Source: a virus
Lineage: Duplodnaviria; Heunggongvirae; Uroviricota; Caudoviricetes
Reading direction: 5' to 3' (one strand)
Virus record (IMG/VR): IMGVR_UViG_3300042275_000481
Location: 38,172 to 102,171 of that record
DNA: 64,000 nucleotides
Below the pieces are notes generated by a model. It saw only the letters and a program-made list of their open reading frames with translations, did not search any database and was not told where the DNA came from. A program made the position numbers and the translations under genes. Shown one piece after another: positions 38,949 through 49,140 of the stretch (positions are counted from its first letter, which is position 1; the number at the start of each line of letters is the position of its first letter).

Positions 38949-39599
38949 TTAGTTTTCACTAAGTTGTATGTTTTCATAATCTAGCTCCTCATGGAAGATA
39001 ACTTTCTTCGATTGAGGTTGTTGATTTTTTATCATTTCAATTATTTCTAAGAATTTGTCAAAATTATTATCGTACATTTTAAGATAATTAAAGTTTGACT
39101 TCTTAACTGCTTCATCTTGTGCTCGTTCATCATCAATATCTCTTAGTCTGTAATGTGTATTGTCAGATGCTTTAATGTTCACGATAAGATTAAGGCTTGT
39201 AATATAAAAATCTGGAATGTGAAATCTTTGATTACCTTCTGCATCTATATACGGAAAAGTCATTGGAGCTGGCCCCATAACATCACCTGGGTTGTCCCAA
39301 TCAAGATAAACATCGAGATATTCTAAAAATTTTCTTTCATAACTTCCAGTATATGGAGTTGTAGTTCCATCTTCCCATTTGTATTCTCCAGATATGCTTC
39401 TATTTGAAAGCATTTTCTTTTGTTGTTCTGGTTCATCAAGTAAATGGACTTTTCCATATTTTTGTTTCATTCTTCTCTTAAACATTTCACGATATGCTTC
39501 TCTTGCTCGTTCATCAGCAAAGCGTTCATATCGGCCAGTTGTAACGTTAAACTTAGTTGGCTTGCCAGTCATAACACACTTTCCATGCTCTTTTGTCAA
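38949..39599 (-). CDS. hypothetical protein (TTG start), separated by a single in-frame TGA from the upstream zinc-finger ORF
   Basis: 216-aa ORF. The same frame as 39615-39746 continues through one TGA (...IVFN*RNKYALTKEHGKC...). Confidence 0.4.
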   Translation of the reverse strand: MTKEHGKCVMTGKPTKFNVTTGRYERFADERAREAYREMFKRRMKQKYGKVHLLDEPEQQKKMLSNRSISGEYKWEDGTTTPYTGSYERKFLEYLDVYLDWDNPGDVMGPAPMTFPYIDAEGNQRFHIPDFYITSLNLIVNIKASDNTHYRLRDIDDERAQDEAVKKSNFNYLKMYDNNFDKFLEIIEMIKNQQPQSKKVIFHEELDYENIQLSEN

Positions 39600-39614
39600 A
39601 GCATATTTATTTCT

Positions 39615-39746
39615 TCAATTGAAAACAATTTGCATTGCTGGTAATCCGTGCAGTTCATCCTTATGTTCTTTCTCCATATGGTTGTATAATGCATCTTCAA
39701 CTATATAGTTTTTCTTACAAAATGGACATTTATGCATTTGTGCCAT
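39615..39746 (-). CDS. small C2H2-like zinc-finger protein (43 aa)
   Basis: ATG with a GAGGTGAG RBS. KCPFCKKNY...HMEKEH (C-x2-C...H-x3-H). Confidence 0.4.
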   Translation of the reverse strand: MAQMHKCPFCKKNYIVEDALYNHMEKEHKDELHGLPAMQIVFN

Positions 39747-39950
39747 ATTCTCACCTCGATCTTCTCACATATAATTAATTGTTCTTATTCTAACACCTCT
39801 TAGAATTAAAAGGTGTCAAAATAGACCGAAGAGAGGATCTATTTTGACGTTCAAAGAGAAATGAAGAAAGAAACTATGAAGAGATATCTTTGTGGGGTCT
39901 CTAGTCCCACTAATAATTTGTTCTGAATTTTCTCATGAAATTTCTAAGGT

Positions 39951-40571
39951 TTATGTTTGTAGTTTCACGAAAAGTTTAACAGAATCTGAGTCTTCCATCT
40001 CTTCAATTTTTTTAGCAAATTTCTTCTCTTTTAATAGTCTTAATATTGATTCTTTTTCCTCTGTATTACTTATTTTACCAAATACTTTATAAAAGATTTC
40101 CTCGTCAGCTGCGTCCTGATGTTTCAATAATCTGTATTTATTTGCCTTAGCAATACTTTCGCCAGACATTGGAATAGATCTTTTAGTTTCAAAACTTGGG
40201 TAATCAATAATTTGATCGAGTTCTGATTTAGTAAACTGAACTTGTGCTGCGCCTACTAATAGATAACAAATCTCAATCTTTTCTCTTTCTAGATATGAAA
40301 GAATCATGCTTCTTGAAGAATTATTAAAATCAATATATTTTAGAATTGAAAATACCATCGACTTAGTAGGCTTAGAATCAAACATAAAATCAATTTCGTC
40401 TAACGTGAATTTCTTATTAAATAAAATGAAATATTTTTCAAGCTTGTCATCTTCAATAATGATTTCAGGTGAGATCCATGCTCCATCACTAGTGACATAA
40501 ATACTCGGTAATAACTTTGTTAAAAATGATTTATTTATTTTCTCTTTAATTTTATCTAAGAATTCTTTCAT
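39951..40571 (-). CDS. hypothetical protein (N-terminus possibly longer; the frame is open back to ~40750 without a canonical start)
   Basis: 206-aa ORF from the ATG. The frame is open a further ~60 codons upstream, starting right after a TAGGAGGAG RBS, with only ATT/ATA as candidate starts. Confidence 0.4.
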   Translation of the reverse strand: MKEFLDKIKEKINKSFLTKLLPSIYVTSDGAWISPEIIIEDDKLEKYFILFNKKFTLDEIDFMFDSKPTKSMVFSILKYIDFNNSSRSMILSYLEREKIEICYLLVGAAQVQFTKSELDQIIDYPSFETKRSIPMSGESIAKANKYRLLKHQDAADEEIFYKVFGKISNTEEKESILRLLKEKKFAKKIEEMEDSDSVKLFVKLQT

Positions 40572-40772
40572 TTTAGCTGGTGATATTTCATTTACTATTA
40601 TACATTTCTCTATATTATTGTATTGGCTCCAGAATCTAAATTCGCTTGAATTAATAATCTCATAGTTTTCACTATCAAAATATTCTCCAAATTTTATCTC
40701 TGGGTCGCCATAAATAGGAGTAGCTCCACTCCAATTTTTTGTAGTTTGTAGAATTTTTATTTTAATCTCCTC

Positions 40773-41543
40773 CTATAATAAAACTCTAAATAATGGAATC
40801 AAATAATTAACATAGTTATAAACAATATCGACATCATCAATCAAACGGTCAGGTAAGCTGTCCATTTTATAATCGCCACGGACAACAAAGTTCCCTGTAT
40901 CTAATTGTCTGTATATATTCTTGTCTAACTGTCTCGCTAAATATTTAGTTCTGTATCTTTGCAAATATGCAAAAATCTGGTCTGGCATAAGTTTCTCTGA
41001 CATTTCAAATATCTTTTTCATATCTGCAATTAGATAATCTTTTTGTTTTTCTTGAAATTCTTTACTTATACCTTTTATTTCTAACACATCTTCGCTAGCA
41101 CTGTAATAGAATTCTTTACCATTTATATAAGCATAACTTGTATACTTTTTCTTTGGTCTGAACTCAAACATTTCTTTTACTAGAAGATGTTGCGGTTCTT
41201 TCTTAATTATAAATAATGCGTCTTTCTTAATAGACAAAATATCGTCTTCCATGATTTGATTCAGTACAACAAAATCTTTTCGAACATCAATAAGTGTGTT
41301 GATTAATTCTTCACCTATTTTAGGATGTTTACGAATTTGTTTACCAATATAAACATTTCTGATATCGTTTGCCATATCTTCTAATTTTTTGATTTCATCA
41401 CTCGGAAGAAGCTTCTTATACTTCAGAGTAGTGAAACCTGCCGAGCGAATATCATACTCACTGATATTGACATTTTTAAGATATTCAATATCTTTGTTGA
41501 GATAATTCGTTCGTTCAACTAATTCTTTTGCTAATCTATCCAA
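40773..41543 (-). CDS. hypothetical protein
   Basis: 256-aa ORF. Confidence 0.4.
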   Translation of the reverse strand: MDRLAKELVERTNYLNKDIEYLKNVNISEYDIRSAGFTTLKYKKLLPSDEIKKLEDMANDIRNVYIGKQIRKHPKIGEELINTLIDVRKDFVVLNQIMEDDILSIKKDALFIIKKEPQHLLVKEMFEFRPKKKYTSYAYINGKEFYYSASEDVLEIKGISKEFQEKQKDYLIADMKKIFEMSEKLMPDQIFAYLQRYRTKYLARQLDKNIYRQLDTGNFVVRGDYKMDSLPDRLIDDVDIVYNYVNYLIPLFRVLL

Positions 41544-41555
41544 GTGACTCCCTCC

Positions 41556-42113
41556 TTAAATATTATTATTCTCCATAAATTCCAATAATAAATCTTTGTT
41601 ATTTCTAATTTCTTTAAGATTATCATGTGTGATTTCAATTATATTGTAGTTTCCATGAAATATTTGTTTAACCTTTTTTAATACAATCTTGTTGTATTTT
41701 TCCTCATCATGATAATTTCTTTCTGCTCTTTCTACTTCTGGTTCAACATCTTTAATAAATAAGACATTGACTTTATCTGATTTATCTACTTTTGTTACAG
41801 CATCAAGAAATCCTTCAATTGATGCGACTATGATATTTGTTTTGTCCTCATCCAGTTTTGCCACTGGTGTTCCATAACGATATGGAGCGAATTCGTCCTT
41901 AACTTGCGCTATTAAAGCTCCGATATTATCGTAGTTATCATATTGCTCATCTGTTAAGAAATAATATTCTCTTCCTTCTTTTTCGTTATCTCTTGGAGGT
42001 CGTGTTGTAGTTTGGGTTAGCCAGTTATACTTCTCCGGTTCAAATAGTTCTAATTTCTTTGCCAGAGATGTTTTTCCACTACCTGATGGACCCATTATAA
42101 ATAAGTAATTCAT
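41556..42113 (-). CDS. guanylate kinase-like (d)NMP kinase
   Basis: P-loop MGPSGSGKTS. QTTTRPPRDNEKEGREYYFL matches the guanylate-kinase TTR-pR-gE-dG-dY-F signature. Confidence 0.65.
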   Translation of the reverse strand: MNYLFIMGPSGSGKTSLAKKLELFEPEKYNWLTQTTTRPPRDNEKEGREYYFLTDEQYDNYDNIGALIAQVKDEFAPYRYGTPVAKLDEDKTNIIVASIEGFLDAVTKVDKSDKVNVLFIKDVEPEVERAERNYHDEEKYNKIVLKKVKQIFHGNYNIIEITHDNLKEIRNNKDLLLEFMENNNI

Positions 42114-42124
42114 ATTTCCTCCTG

Positions 42125-42469
42125 TTAGTATAGTTTTCTATTTACCCTTTTTATAATCATATCCAGAAGTAATTGTACCCAACTATCAGTAAACTCATAT
42201 GGATACCATTTTTTACCACTAGGGAATGTTATTATAATTGGATAAGCATCATTTGTATGAATATCTACATCTTTAAAAGGTGTTCCTTTTACCTTTGTAT
42301 AATAATCAAATACATCTGCTTCTAAATCTGTTCCAAAATTTGAGTCAAAGTCTTTTAGAATGTCTAAAACGATAAATATACCATATGCTTCCATGCTCAT
42401 ATTAACATACTTTTTTAAATCATTCAGTATCTTTGATTTGGCAGTGCTGCCTACATTGTATAAGTTCAT
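42125..42469 (-). CDS. hypothetical protein
   Basis: 114-aa ORF. Confidence 0.4.
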   Translation of the reverse strand: MNLYNVGSTAKSKILNDLKKYVNMSMEAYGIFIVLDILKDFDSNFGTDLEADVFDYYTKVKGTPFKDVDIHTNDAYPIIITFPSGKKWYPYEFTDSWVQLLLDMIIKRVNRKLY

Positions 42470-43348
42470 TTAATCCTCCTCTTTAAGAATATCCTTTGCT
42501 AAGATGTCACATATTTCATTAAAATTATTGTCATCGTGACCTCTTGTCCATTTAAACAGAATAACATGGTCTGTTTGTTTTGATAAATTGTAAATCTCTT
42601 GAATCAATTCTTTATTAGCTATATCTTTCTTTGCATAGTTTTTGAAGTTATTATTCTTCCAAGTATAATACCATTCCCTGAATACTTTAACGCCATATTC
42701 AGAATCTGATATAACAACTTGGTACTTCTTCTTTCCAAAGTTTTCTATAGCTACTTTAATACCAGTTAGTTCACCGATATTATTAGTTCCGTCTTGAACT
42801 TTTCCAGATAATCCTAAATAACTAAATTTCTTATCTGTGAATTCATCTAGAACGCCATTTGAATCTTCTTGCAGCAATTTCGCTACACCATAACTCGCTT
42901 CGTTAGTATCTTTTTTAAAGCTACCATCTGTATAAGTGACATCAATCTTTTCATCACTTATTTCGGCAAGTATAGATATTTCAAGGAATATCTTTTCTAA
43001 TACAATATGATTACCTTGATTAAAAATTGTAGCTAGTGAATATATGATATTATTTGTTACCTCAATCACACTATTAATTTTCTGAAATAATGTTTCTTGC
43101 AACAATATCATCTGCTCTGTAAGATTTACTGGTGCGTCTAATATTGGAACCAACACATAATTATAATTTAATTCTTTTGCCTTTCCTGGCAGCTGTGTTT
43201 TTATCTTTGATGTGTAAGCCAGTTCTTTCAAAACTTTCTGATCCAGAAAGTTCTCCATACTAGTGCTATCATTAACAAAGATGTTGCAAATTATATATTT
43301 CAATATATTTCTCCTCCTGTAAATAAATTTATATTGCTCACATCTCAT
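42470..43348 (-). CDS. protein with C-terminal RNase H1-like domain
   Basis: YTDGSFKKDTNEASYGV, SDSEYGVKV..W...WKNN, WTRGHDDNNFNEICDILAKD follow the RNase H1 DEDD pattern (TDGS ... DS.Y ... W.KGH.G...NE.AD.LA). Confidence 0.55.
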   Translation of the reverse strand: MRCEQYKFIYRRRNILKYIICNIFVNDSTSMENFLDQKVLKELAYTSKIKTQLPGKAKELNYNYVLVPILDAPVNLTEQMILLQETLFQKINSVIEVTNNIIYSLATIFNQGNHIVLEKIFLEISILAEISDEKIDVTYTDGSFKKDTNEASYGVAKLLQEDSNGVLDEFTDKKFSYLGLSGKVQDGTNNIGELTGIKVAIENFGKKKYQVVISDSEYGVKVFREWYYTWKNNNFKNYAKKDIANKELIQEIYNLSKQTDHVILFKWTRGHDDNNFNEICDILAKDILKEED

Positions 43349-43419
43349 AAATATAATATATAAATGAAAAAAATATTAAGAAAAGACAAACCAGATGGTT
43401 TGTCTTAAATATTAACTAA

Positions 43420-44715
43420 TTATGTTGTTTTAACTGTTTTCTTTGGAGTTACACTACTACCTTTAGAGCTGCTATTATTACTTTGATTTCCGTATACTAC
43501 TTTTTTCGCAGCTTCAACATTGGCAGGTTTAGTGCTTGGAGTTGAAACTTTATTTTTAACTTTATTAAAGGCTTTCTTGATACCAGTAGCAGCTCGTCCT
43601 ACACCACTAGTTTGTTGCCAGTTTTGTTTTTTAGCTGTACTATAATCAGCCTGTGCCTTAGCACGTTTAGCGCCTACATCAGTTTTTATTTTATTAACAT
43701 TTTGTTTTTTATTTAGTTTATATTGTTTTTTATTTTGTACTTTTTGAGAAGCTAGTTTAGCAACTTTGTTGTAATCACTTTCAGCTGTAGCTTGTTTCAT
43801 TTTACCCTTTAAGGCTTTTTTACTTTCTTTGTATTTTGCTTTTGCAGTTGCTTTTGCATCAGATACAAGTGCTTTTCCAGCTTGTGAAAGAGTACGATTG
43901 TTTGCTTTATGAGCTTTCTTAAGGTCACCAGCAGCATTTCCTCTGAAAAGACCCTCATTTAGTGATATAAAGTTTTCAGACTCATTGATGATTCCCTCAA
44001 TAACCACAATTTCTTCATATGACATTGCAGATAGAGCTTCAGAAAGTTGATCTAGTGATACAGAAGTAATATCATTATAAATATCTAAAGCTTCTATAAT
44101 AGAGACTTTATTTTCTGAAATAATGTCTTCTTCATTAATTTCACTAGCTTCTACTAGTTCGAAACCAAGCTGTTCAGCAAGATAATTGAATGTGTATTTT
44201 TCAGTATCTAACTCTAGTTCTTCAAATAATTGTAATAATTCGTCTTCATCATAAACTTCGCCTTCTACAACAACTTCTTCAACTTCTTCGTTTTCATCAT
44301 GTTCGTCAGTTGGATAAACATCTTCATTGTCAGTATCAGGTTCAGCAGTTTCAGCATCGCCTTCATCAGTTGCTTCGTTGTCTGTTTTAGCAATGTCACC
44401 CTTAGAAGTTAATTCTTCTTCATCTAATACTTCAAAACCAAGTTGCTCAGCAAGATAATTGAAAGTATATTTGTCAGTATCTAATCCTAAATTTTCAAAT
44501 AGCTCTGCTAATTCTTCTTCAGAATATGATTCAACAATAACTTCTTTTATTTCTTCTACTTCTTTGTGTGAATCTTTAGTATAAATTTCTTTGTTTCCTA
44601 ATTGAACCTTATAAAGTTCAGGTTGATTTTCTTTAGTAGCTTCATTATCTGTCTTAGCAATGTCACCCTTAGAAGTTAATTCTTCTAATAATGATTGTAA
44701 TTTTTTATTTAACAT
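43420..44715 (-). CDS. acidic tandem-repeat protein (paralogue of 51202-54045)
   Basis: 431 aa. Two copies of ...TSKGDIAKTDNEAT...EVEE..VVE...EEL.(E/Q)LFE.L.LDT(D/E)KYTFNYLAEQLGFE. Lys-rich C-terminal third. Confidence 0.5.
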   Translation of the reverse strand: MLNKKLQSLLEELTSKGDIAKTDNEATKENQPELYKVQLGNKEIYTKDSHKEVEEIKEVIVESYSEEELAELFENLGLDTDKYTFNYLAEQLGFEVLDEEELTSKGDIAKTDNEATDEGDAETAEPDTDNEDVYPTDEHDENEEVEEVVVEGEVYDEDELLQLFEELELDTEKYTFNYLAEQLGFELVEASEINEEDIISENKVSIIEALDIYNDITSVSLDQLSEALSAMSYEEIVVIEGIINESENFISLNEGLFRGNAAGDLKKAHKANNRTLSQAGKALVSDAKATAKAKYKESKKALKGKMKQATAESDYNKVAKLASQKVQNKKQYKLNKKQNVNKIKTDVGAKRAKAQADYSTAKKQNWQQTSGVGRAATGIKKAFNKVKNKVSTPSTKPANVEAAKKVVYGNQSNNSSSKGSSVTPKKTVKTT

Positions 44716-44717
44716 AA

Positions 44718-44948
44718 TTATTCCTCCTTATCCTTTTTATTGTTATTATACTCTACTTCTATATTATCTACGTCTAATTCTTCTAAAATAGTACCAAAAA
44801 TAATTTCTTGCTCTAATGCTCTTTTTTCTTTCTCAGAAAGGTTAAAAGCATCTTGTTTAACTTCGGATTTTTTAATCTCCTCATTTAACTTTTTAAATAA
44901 AGCCATAATATTCCTCCTTATACGTCTTTCATATAATATTTTGTTCAT
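44718..44948 (-). CDS. small hypothetical protein
   Basis: 76-aa ORF overlapping the upstream stop. Confidence 0.35.
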   Translation of the reverse strand: MNKILYERRIRRNIMALFKKLNEEIKKSEVKQDAFNLSEKEKRALEQEIIFGTILEELDVDNIEVEYNNNKKDKEE

Positions 44949-44965
44949 ACTAAATACTATTAAAA

Positions 44966-45000
44966 TGGCAAAAAAAAAAGATAACCGAAGTTATCTTTTA
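44966..45000 (-). terminator. intrinsic terminator hairpin gataaccgaagttatc with A/T runs
   Basis: Fourth member of the aaccgaa-loop hairpin family. Confidence 0.45.
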
Positions 45001-45489
45001 TAAGTTATCGATAATAAACTCAATTAATTCAGCTTTTTTCATTCTAGAATAACCATGAAGGTCATTTTCCTTAGCCATCTCTTTAAGCTCAACTAGAGTC
45101 ATTTTTCTTAAATTATCTCTAGTAAGAGTTTCAGAAGGTTCTTCGATTTCCTCTTCTTCAAATTCCTTTGTAAGTTCTTCTTCATGATCTGCTAAAGTTT
45201 TTATACCTTTGATCTCTTCATTATAATTCTCATGAAACATACTTAACTGAATCGCATTGTCTTTTTCTTCTTTAATTTCTTCCTCTTGAATAGTCTCTTC
45301 TTCAATTGGTTGTTGTACTCTTGTTATTGTTTCTGGCTCACGTTTTGGATCCATTTTAAACATTGATTCATATTTTTCATATGATTTGTTAATATCATTT
45401 TCTTTAGTTTTTCTTGGTCTAATTGTTATAATTAAAAATATAATAACTAAGAGGCCAATCACACCATAAATAATGTATTCCTGTGGCAT
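44998..45489 (-). CDS. membrane-anchored protein with C-terminal Rho_N/HeH motif
   Basis: N-terminal TM helix (IIYGVIGLLVIIFLIITI). C-terminal LRKMTLVELKEMAKENDLHGYSRMKKAELIEFI (Rho-N-like). Confidence 0.45.
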   Translation of the reverse strand: MPQEYIIYGVIGLLVIIFLIITIRPRKTKENDINKSYEKYESMFKMDPKREPETITRVQQPIEEETIQEEEIKEEKDNAIQLSMFHENYNEEIKGIKTLADHEEELTKEFEEEEIEEPSETLTRDNLRKMTLVELKEMAKENDLHGYSRMKKAELIEFIIDNL

Positions 45490-45505
45490 TGTCTGGTTCT
45501 CCTCT

Positions 45506-46216
45506 CTAAATAGTTGCGAATATCTGGTTAATTTTTACAAAACCACTCTGGCTTGTTATATTAACATATCTTTTGTTATTGTCATCTCTATCGCTATAAT
45601 AGAGCATATAACTAACACCATCTTCAGATTCATCTAAGTTTATAGCTTTTTTAGCTTTTTTAGATAAAAACTGATATGATAGTATTCTTTTGATTGGAAA
45701 TTCAATAATTTTTTCCGCAGTCTTTGTTTTAACTGCCTCATTATTTTCATCCTCATATAACACAAGATTGTCCTCAAAATTTGAGAAATCAAGCTCATAT
45801 GAATAGACCAATTTCTTTTCAATATCATCAATACTGTTTATTATATCATGATGCTTTGGATTGTCAATGTTGGAACATACAAAATTCTGTTCATTTCCAT
45901 CACGATCATCATATACAATCTTAAATTCATCATCTGTAACGATCATATCTTTAAGATTCTTTTTGATAGCCGCTTTCTTAAACTCATTGATATATTCTAA
46001 TTCAAGAGTTAGATTCTTGTCCTTAATCCATTTAAGAAATTCATTATCATCATTATTAATAAGCTCTCCATATAAAATAAAGAACTGATCTTTCTTATAG
46101 AAAAATTTATTCCCAACAAAATAAATCTTTTGTACAATATTGTTATTTATGAGTGTATAAATATTATCAAAATATTTAACTACTTCAAATATCTCTTTCT
46201 GTTCAAAATTATTCAT
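45506..46216 (-). CDS. hypothetical protein
   Basis: 236-aa ORF. Confidence 0.4.
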   Translation of the reverse strand: MNNFEQKEIFEVVKYFDNIYTLINNNIVQKIYFVGNKFFYKKDQFFILYGELINNDDNEFLKWIKDKNLTLELEYINEFKKAAIKKNLKDMIVTDDEFKIVYDDRDGNEQNFVCSNIDNPKHHDIINSIDDIEKKLVYSYELDFSNFEDNLVLYEDENNEAVKTKTAEKIIEFPIKRILSYQFLSKKAKKAINLDESEDGVSYMLYYSDRDDNNKRYVNITSQSGFVKINQIFATI

Positions 46217-46233
46217 AAAAACGAGGATGAGGA

Positions 46234-46626
46234 TTATTCATCCTCGTCCTCTTCATCTTCCTTTCTCTCTACGAGTAAAACATCGATTTCTAAAAAGTCA
46301 CACAACATCGAGAAAGTTGTATCTAACATAGAACGTCTATGTCTAAGCCCGCTAATTATATTATAACCTAATTTTTGTCCTTCAGCGGTGTCTCCGCCTT
46401 TGATATCACTACAATAATCATATAAATCAGAATATACTAAGTCTTTAGCATTGATCCTCTCTACAATTGCTGCTTTTAGTGGTGAGTCATCTGGATGTGG
46501 GTCAAATGTTAAAGGTTTAACAGATGTACTAGGTTTTTTACTCTTCTTAGCTTTTGCTCTTTTAACTTTATCGACATTAGCGACTATGGTTGTTAGATCC
46601 ATATCTATTTTTCTATTTTTTGCCAT
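46234..46626 (-). CDS. hypothetical protein with acidic tail
   Basis: 130-aa ORF. Confidence 0.4.
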   Translation of the reverse strand: MAKNRKIDMDLTTIVANVDKVKRAKAKKSKKPSTSVKPLTFDPHPDDSPLKAAIVERINAKDLVYSDLYDYCSDIKGGDTAEGQKLGYNIISGLRHRRSMLDTTFSMLCDFLEIDVLLVERKEDEEDEDE

Positions 46627-46647
46627 AATCGTTGTCCTTTCTTACTG

Positions 46648-47682
46648 CTACTCTTCGTCGTTGAAGATATCATCGACAGCAGACGAATCGTTAAAATTAA
46701 CAGAAGCTACCGGTGTTTCCTCTACATTTCTCATGTTTACGATGCTTTTTTCATTTTTGCGAGGTGGAAGATTACCCCTTGTTGGTTGTGCTTGTAATTC
46801 CTCATCCATGTAGTCTTGTGGACTAACTTCATCTGGTTGAGGTCTCAAAGCTGGTTGTTGTCTTGTTTTAAATGTATTTCTAGTTGCAGTATTTCCATAT
46901 CTTGGTTGTGTTGCAGCTTGTTGTTGTCTTGGTTGATATGTGTTATTTCCATAGGCAGGTTGTTGAGGTGTTTGTTGTTGATATTGACTTTGCCTTGGTG
47001 CTTGTTGTTGATAACCTTGTTGAGGTGCTTGATATGATGGAGCATTATAAGTTGGAGATCCATCATTATCATTTAGCATTGCTAACATAGTTAATTGAAC
47101 TTGAATTCCGCTTAAGTCAATGTCTTTAACAATTGTATAAACTGTTAAGAATTCTTCAGCAGTCATTGGCGATGCAAAGTTTGAACTTGAAATTTGAATT
47201 GTCGCACCAGGAACTTTATTTCTGATGTTAGATTCTGGGTCAATATTTTCAACTGTTGCCACACCGAATGAAATCCAATTGTTATCTCTACCAATTCCAT
47301 CAATAATGAAAGGTTCTTGAAACTGACTCTTAACTTCTAGAACTCCTTCAATTTCTTCAAAAGTGTTAGGGTCTAACAATAAGTCCTTAACGATTTCCAT
47401 TTGCTCTCTTATTGCAAATAATTGTGGAAATGAAGTATAGAGTGTTTCATTTGTTTCGTAAGTTTCCCCACGATATCCAAACACTAAATAGATATTTGGA
47501 TTGATGTTTAAAGTTGTAACAGGTTTGTTTGTACGGTTGTTAGTATAAGTGCTTTTATATACTAGATTTGCTGTAGAGCCGTCATTACGTTCTCTTGTAA
47601 ATGTTCCTTTTACGGAAAGTTTGAATTGTGCGATTGTGCTATCGAATAGCACCATTTCTACTTGATTAAAATTCATATTCAT
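46648..47682 (-). CDS. candidate single-stranded DNA-binding protein (globular N-domain + Q/P-rich disordered linker + acidic tip)
   Basis: Architecture only: a ~200-aa folded domain, then a Gln/Pro/Tyr-rich low-complexity linker (QQGYQQQAPRQSQYQQQ...), then C-terminal ...VDDIFNDEE reminiscent of the SSB DDDIPF tip. Sits directly upstream of a helicase. Confidence 0.35.
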   Translation of the reverse strand: MNMNFNQVEMVLFDSTIAQFKLSVKGTFTRERNDGSTANLVYKSTYTNNRTNKPVTTLNINPNIYLVFGYRGETYETNETLYTSFPQLFAIREQMEIVKDLLLDPNTFEEIEGVLEVKSQFQEPFIIDGIGRDNNWISFGVATVENIDPESNIRNKVPGATIQISSSNFASPMTAEEFLTVYTIVKDIDLSGIQVQLTMLAMLNDNDGSPTYNAPSYQAPQQGYQQQAPRQSQYQQQTPQQPAYGNNTYQPRQQQAATQPRYGNTATRNTFKTRQQPALRPQPDEVSPQDYMDEELQAQPTRGNLPPRKNEKSIVNMRNVEETPVASVNFNDSSAVDDIFNDEE

Positions 47683-47700
47683 TTTTATTTTCTCTCCTTG

Positions 47701-49125
47701 TTATTCGTAGTTGTCTATTTCAATGATTTTTTTAGCATTTTTCTTATAGAATCTTTTTCTGGTTTTCATCTGATTAACGGTCGATGGATACCCAATGTCT
47801 GTTACGTCAATTAATATTGAGGATTTATTTTCCCCTTGTCTCAATCTTCCCATTATTTGTTCAGTCTTTACTAAACTTCCGAATGGAACAAAATTTATCA
47901 AAATTTCTAAATCTTGGACATCAATTCCTTTATCAAACATCTTGTCATTCGTTAGAATAACGTCTTGCTTTAGTGCTTCTTCTCGTTCTGATTTTTTGAC
48001 TTCACCAATAAATAAACCTGTACTTAAATTTATGTTCTCATCTAAATCAGCTTTAAGTTTTTTTATTAAACTTATTGTTGGAAGCATTATAGCTACTTTC
48101 TTTTTCCGTTCTTCTAGTTTAAACTTCTCAAAGATATCCAATACAACTTTGAGAAATATCTCATAACTTTCATTCTCTAGGTTGGAAGCCCATTTACCTG
48201 CATTGAAACCATACTTCGTTTTAGAAGCAAGTTGTTCGTCAAGGGATGGTTTACTATCCATTTTGAAGAGAACTACAGTGTGATATTTTTCACCATATAT
48301 TCCTTTACCATTAAAATATGGAATTCGTCTTAAAACTTTTCCATATAAATGGTCATCCGTATAGCTACTACGACTTGGTGTCGCAGTTAAGAAGATTGTA
48401 TACTCAACATTGCTCAGAGAGTTAATCATACACACATTTTTAAAATTAACGTGTGCTTCATCAAAAACTCTGATTCCAATTTTGAGCTTATTCATCAATA
48501 AATTTATTGAATTATAATCTTCATCTAGCATATTAGTCAGTGTCCTGTGTATAGCAATATATACTTTTCCACTAGGACTCTTCTTTTCTTTTTCTACAAT
48601 CTCTGTCCCTGAAAGGATTACAACGTCACCTTGCTTTAGATTTGTGTGTTTAAGAAATTCTCTCTCCCACTGCAAGGCAAGTTCGACAGTATCAACAATA
48701 ACTAAAGGTCTTTTTTTATACTTAGATATCACGTTTATAGTAACATAAGTTTTACCTTTACCTGTTCTTAATGATAATAATCTCTCTCTCATATAGTTAT
48801 CATTTTTCATTTTCATTAGAAAATTGATACTATCTTTTTGCAAGTCGTCTCTGGGACCATAATTCATAGTATATACTACTTGAGATGATTTGGATGTTGT
48901 TTTGTAGTTATATGATACATCTTTGTTAGGAAAGTGCTTTTGTATCTGGTCTAATCCAATACTTGATGGGAAATACAGATCATTGTCTATTAATGTAAAT
49001 GCTGAAAGTGTATATTTATGTTGAACTTTATCCCACAGGGAATATTGATAGTTTACATTCTTATACGCTTGTGATTCTAAATCAACATTTCGTACAATAA
49101 TAGAGTTTCTTCCCACTTCTATCAT
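47701..49125 (-). CDS. SF2 (DEAH-type) helicase
   Basis: Motif I LRTGKGKT. Motif II VFDEAH. Motif III LTATP. Motif VI QIMGRLRQ. Confidence 0.7.
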   Translation of the reverse strand: MIEVGRNSIIVRNVDLESQAYKNVNYQYSLWDKVQHKYTLSAFTLIDNDLYFPSSIGLDQIQKHFPNKDVSYNYKTTSKSSQVVYTMNYGPRDDLQKDSINFLMKMKNDNYMRERLLSLRTGKGKTYVTINVISKYKKRPLVIVDTVELALQWEREFLKHTNLKQGDVVILSGTEIVEKEKKSPSGKVYIAIHRTLTNMLDEDYNSINLLMNKLKIGIRVFDEAHVNFKNVCMINSLSNVEYTIFLTATPSRSSYTDDHLYGKVLRRIPYFNGKGIYGEKYHTVVLFKMDSKPSLDEQLASKTKYGFNAGKWASNLENESYEIFLKVVLDIFEKFKLEERKKKVAIMLPTISLIKKLKADLDENINLSTGLFIGEVKKSEREEALKQDVILTNDKMFDKGIDVQDLEILINFVPFGSLVKTEQIMGRLRQGENKSSILIDVTDIGYPSTVNQMKTRKRFYKKNAKKIIEIDNYE

Positions 49126-49140
49126 CCGCTCTCACCTCTC

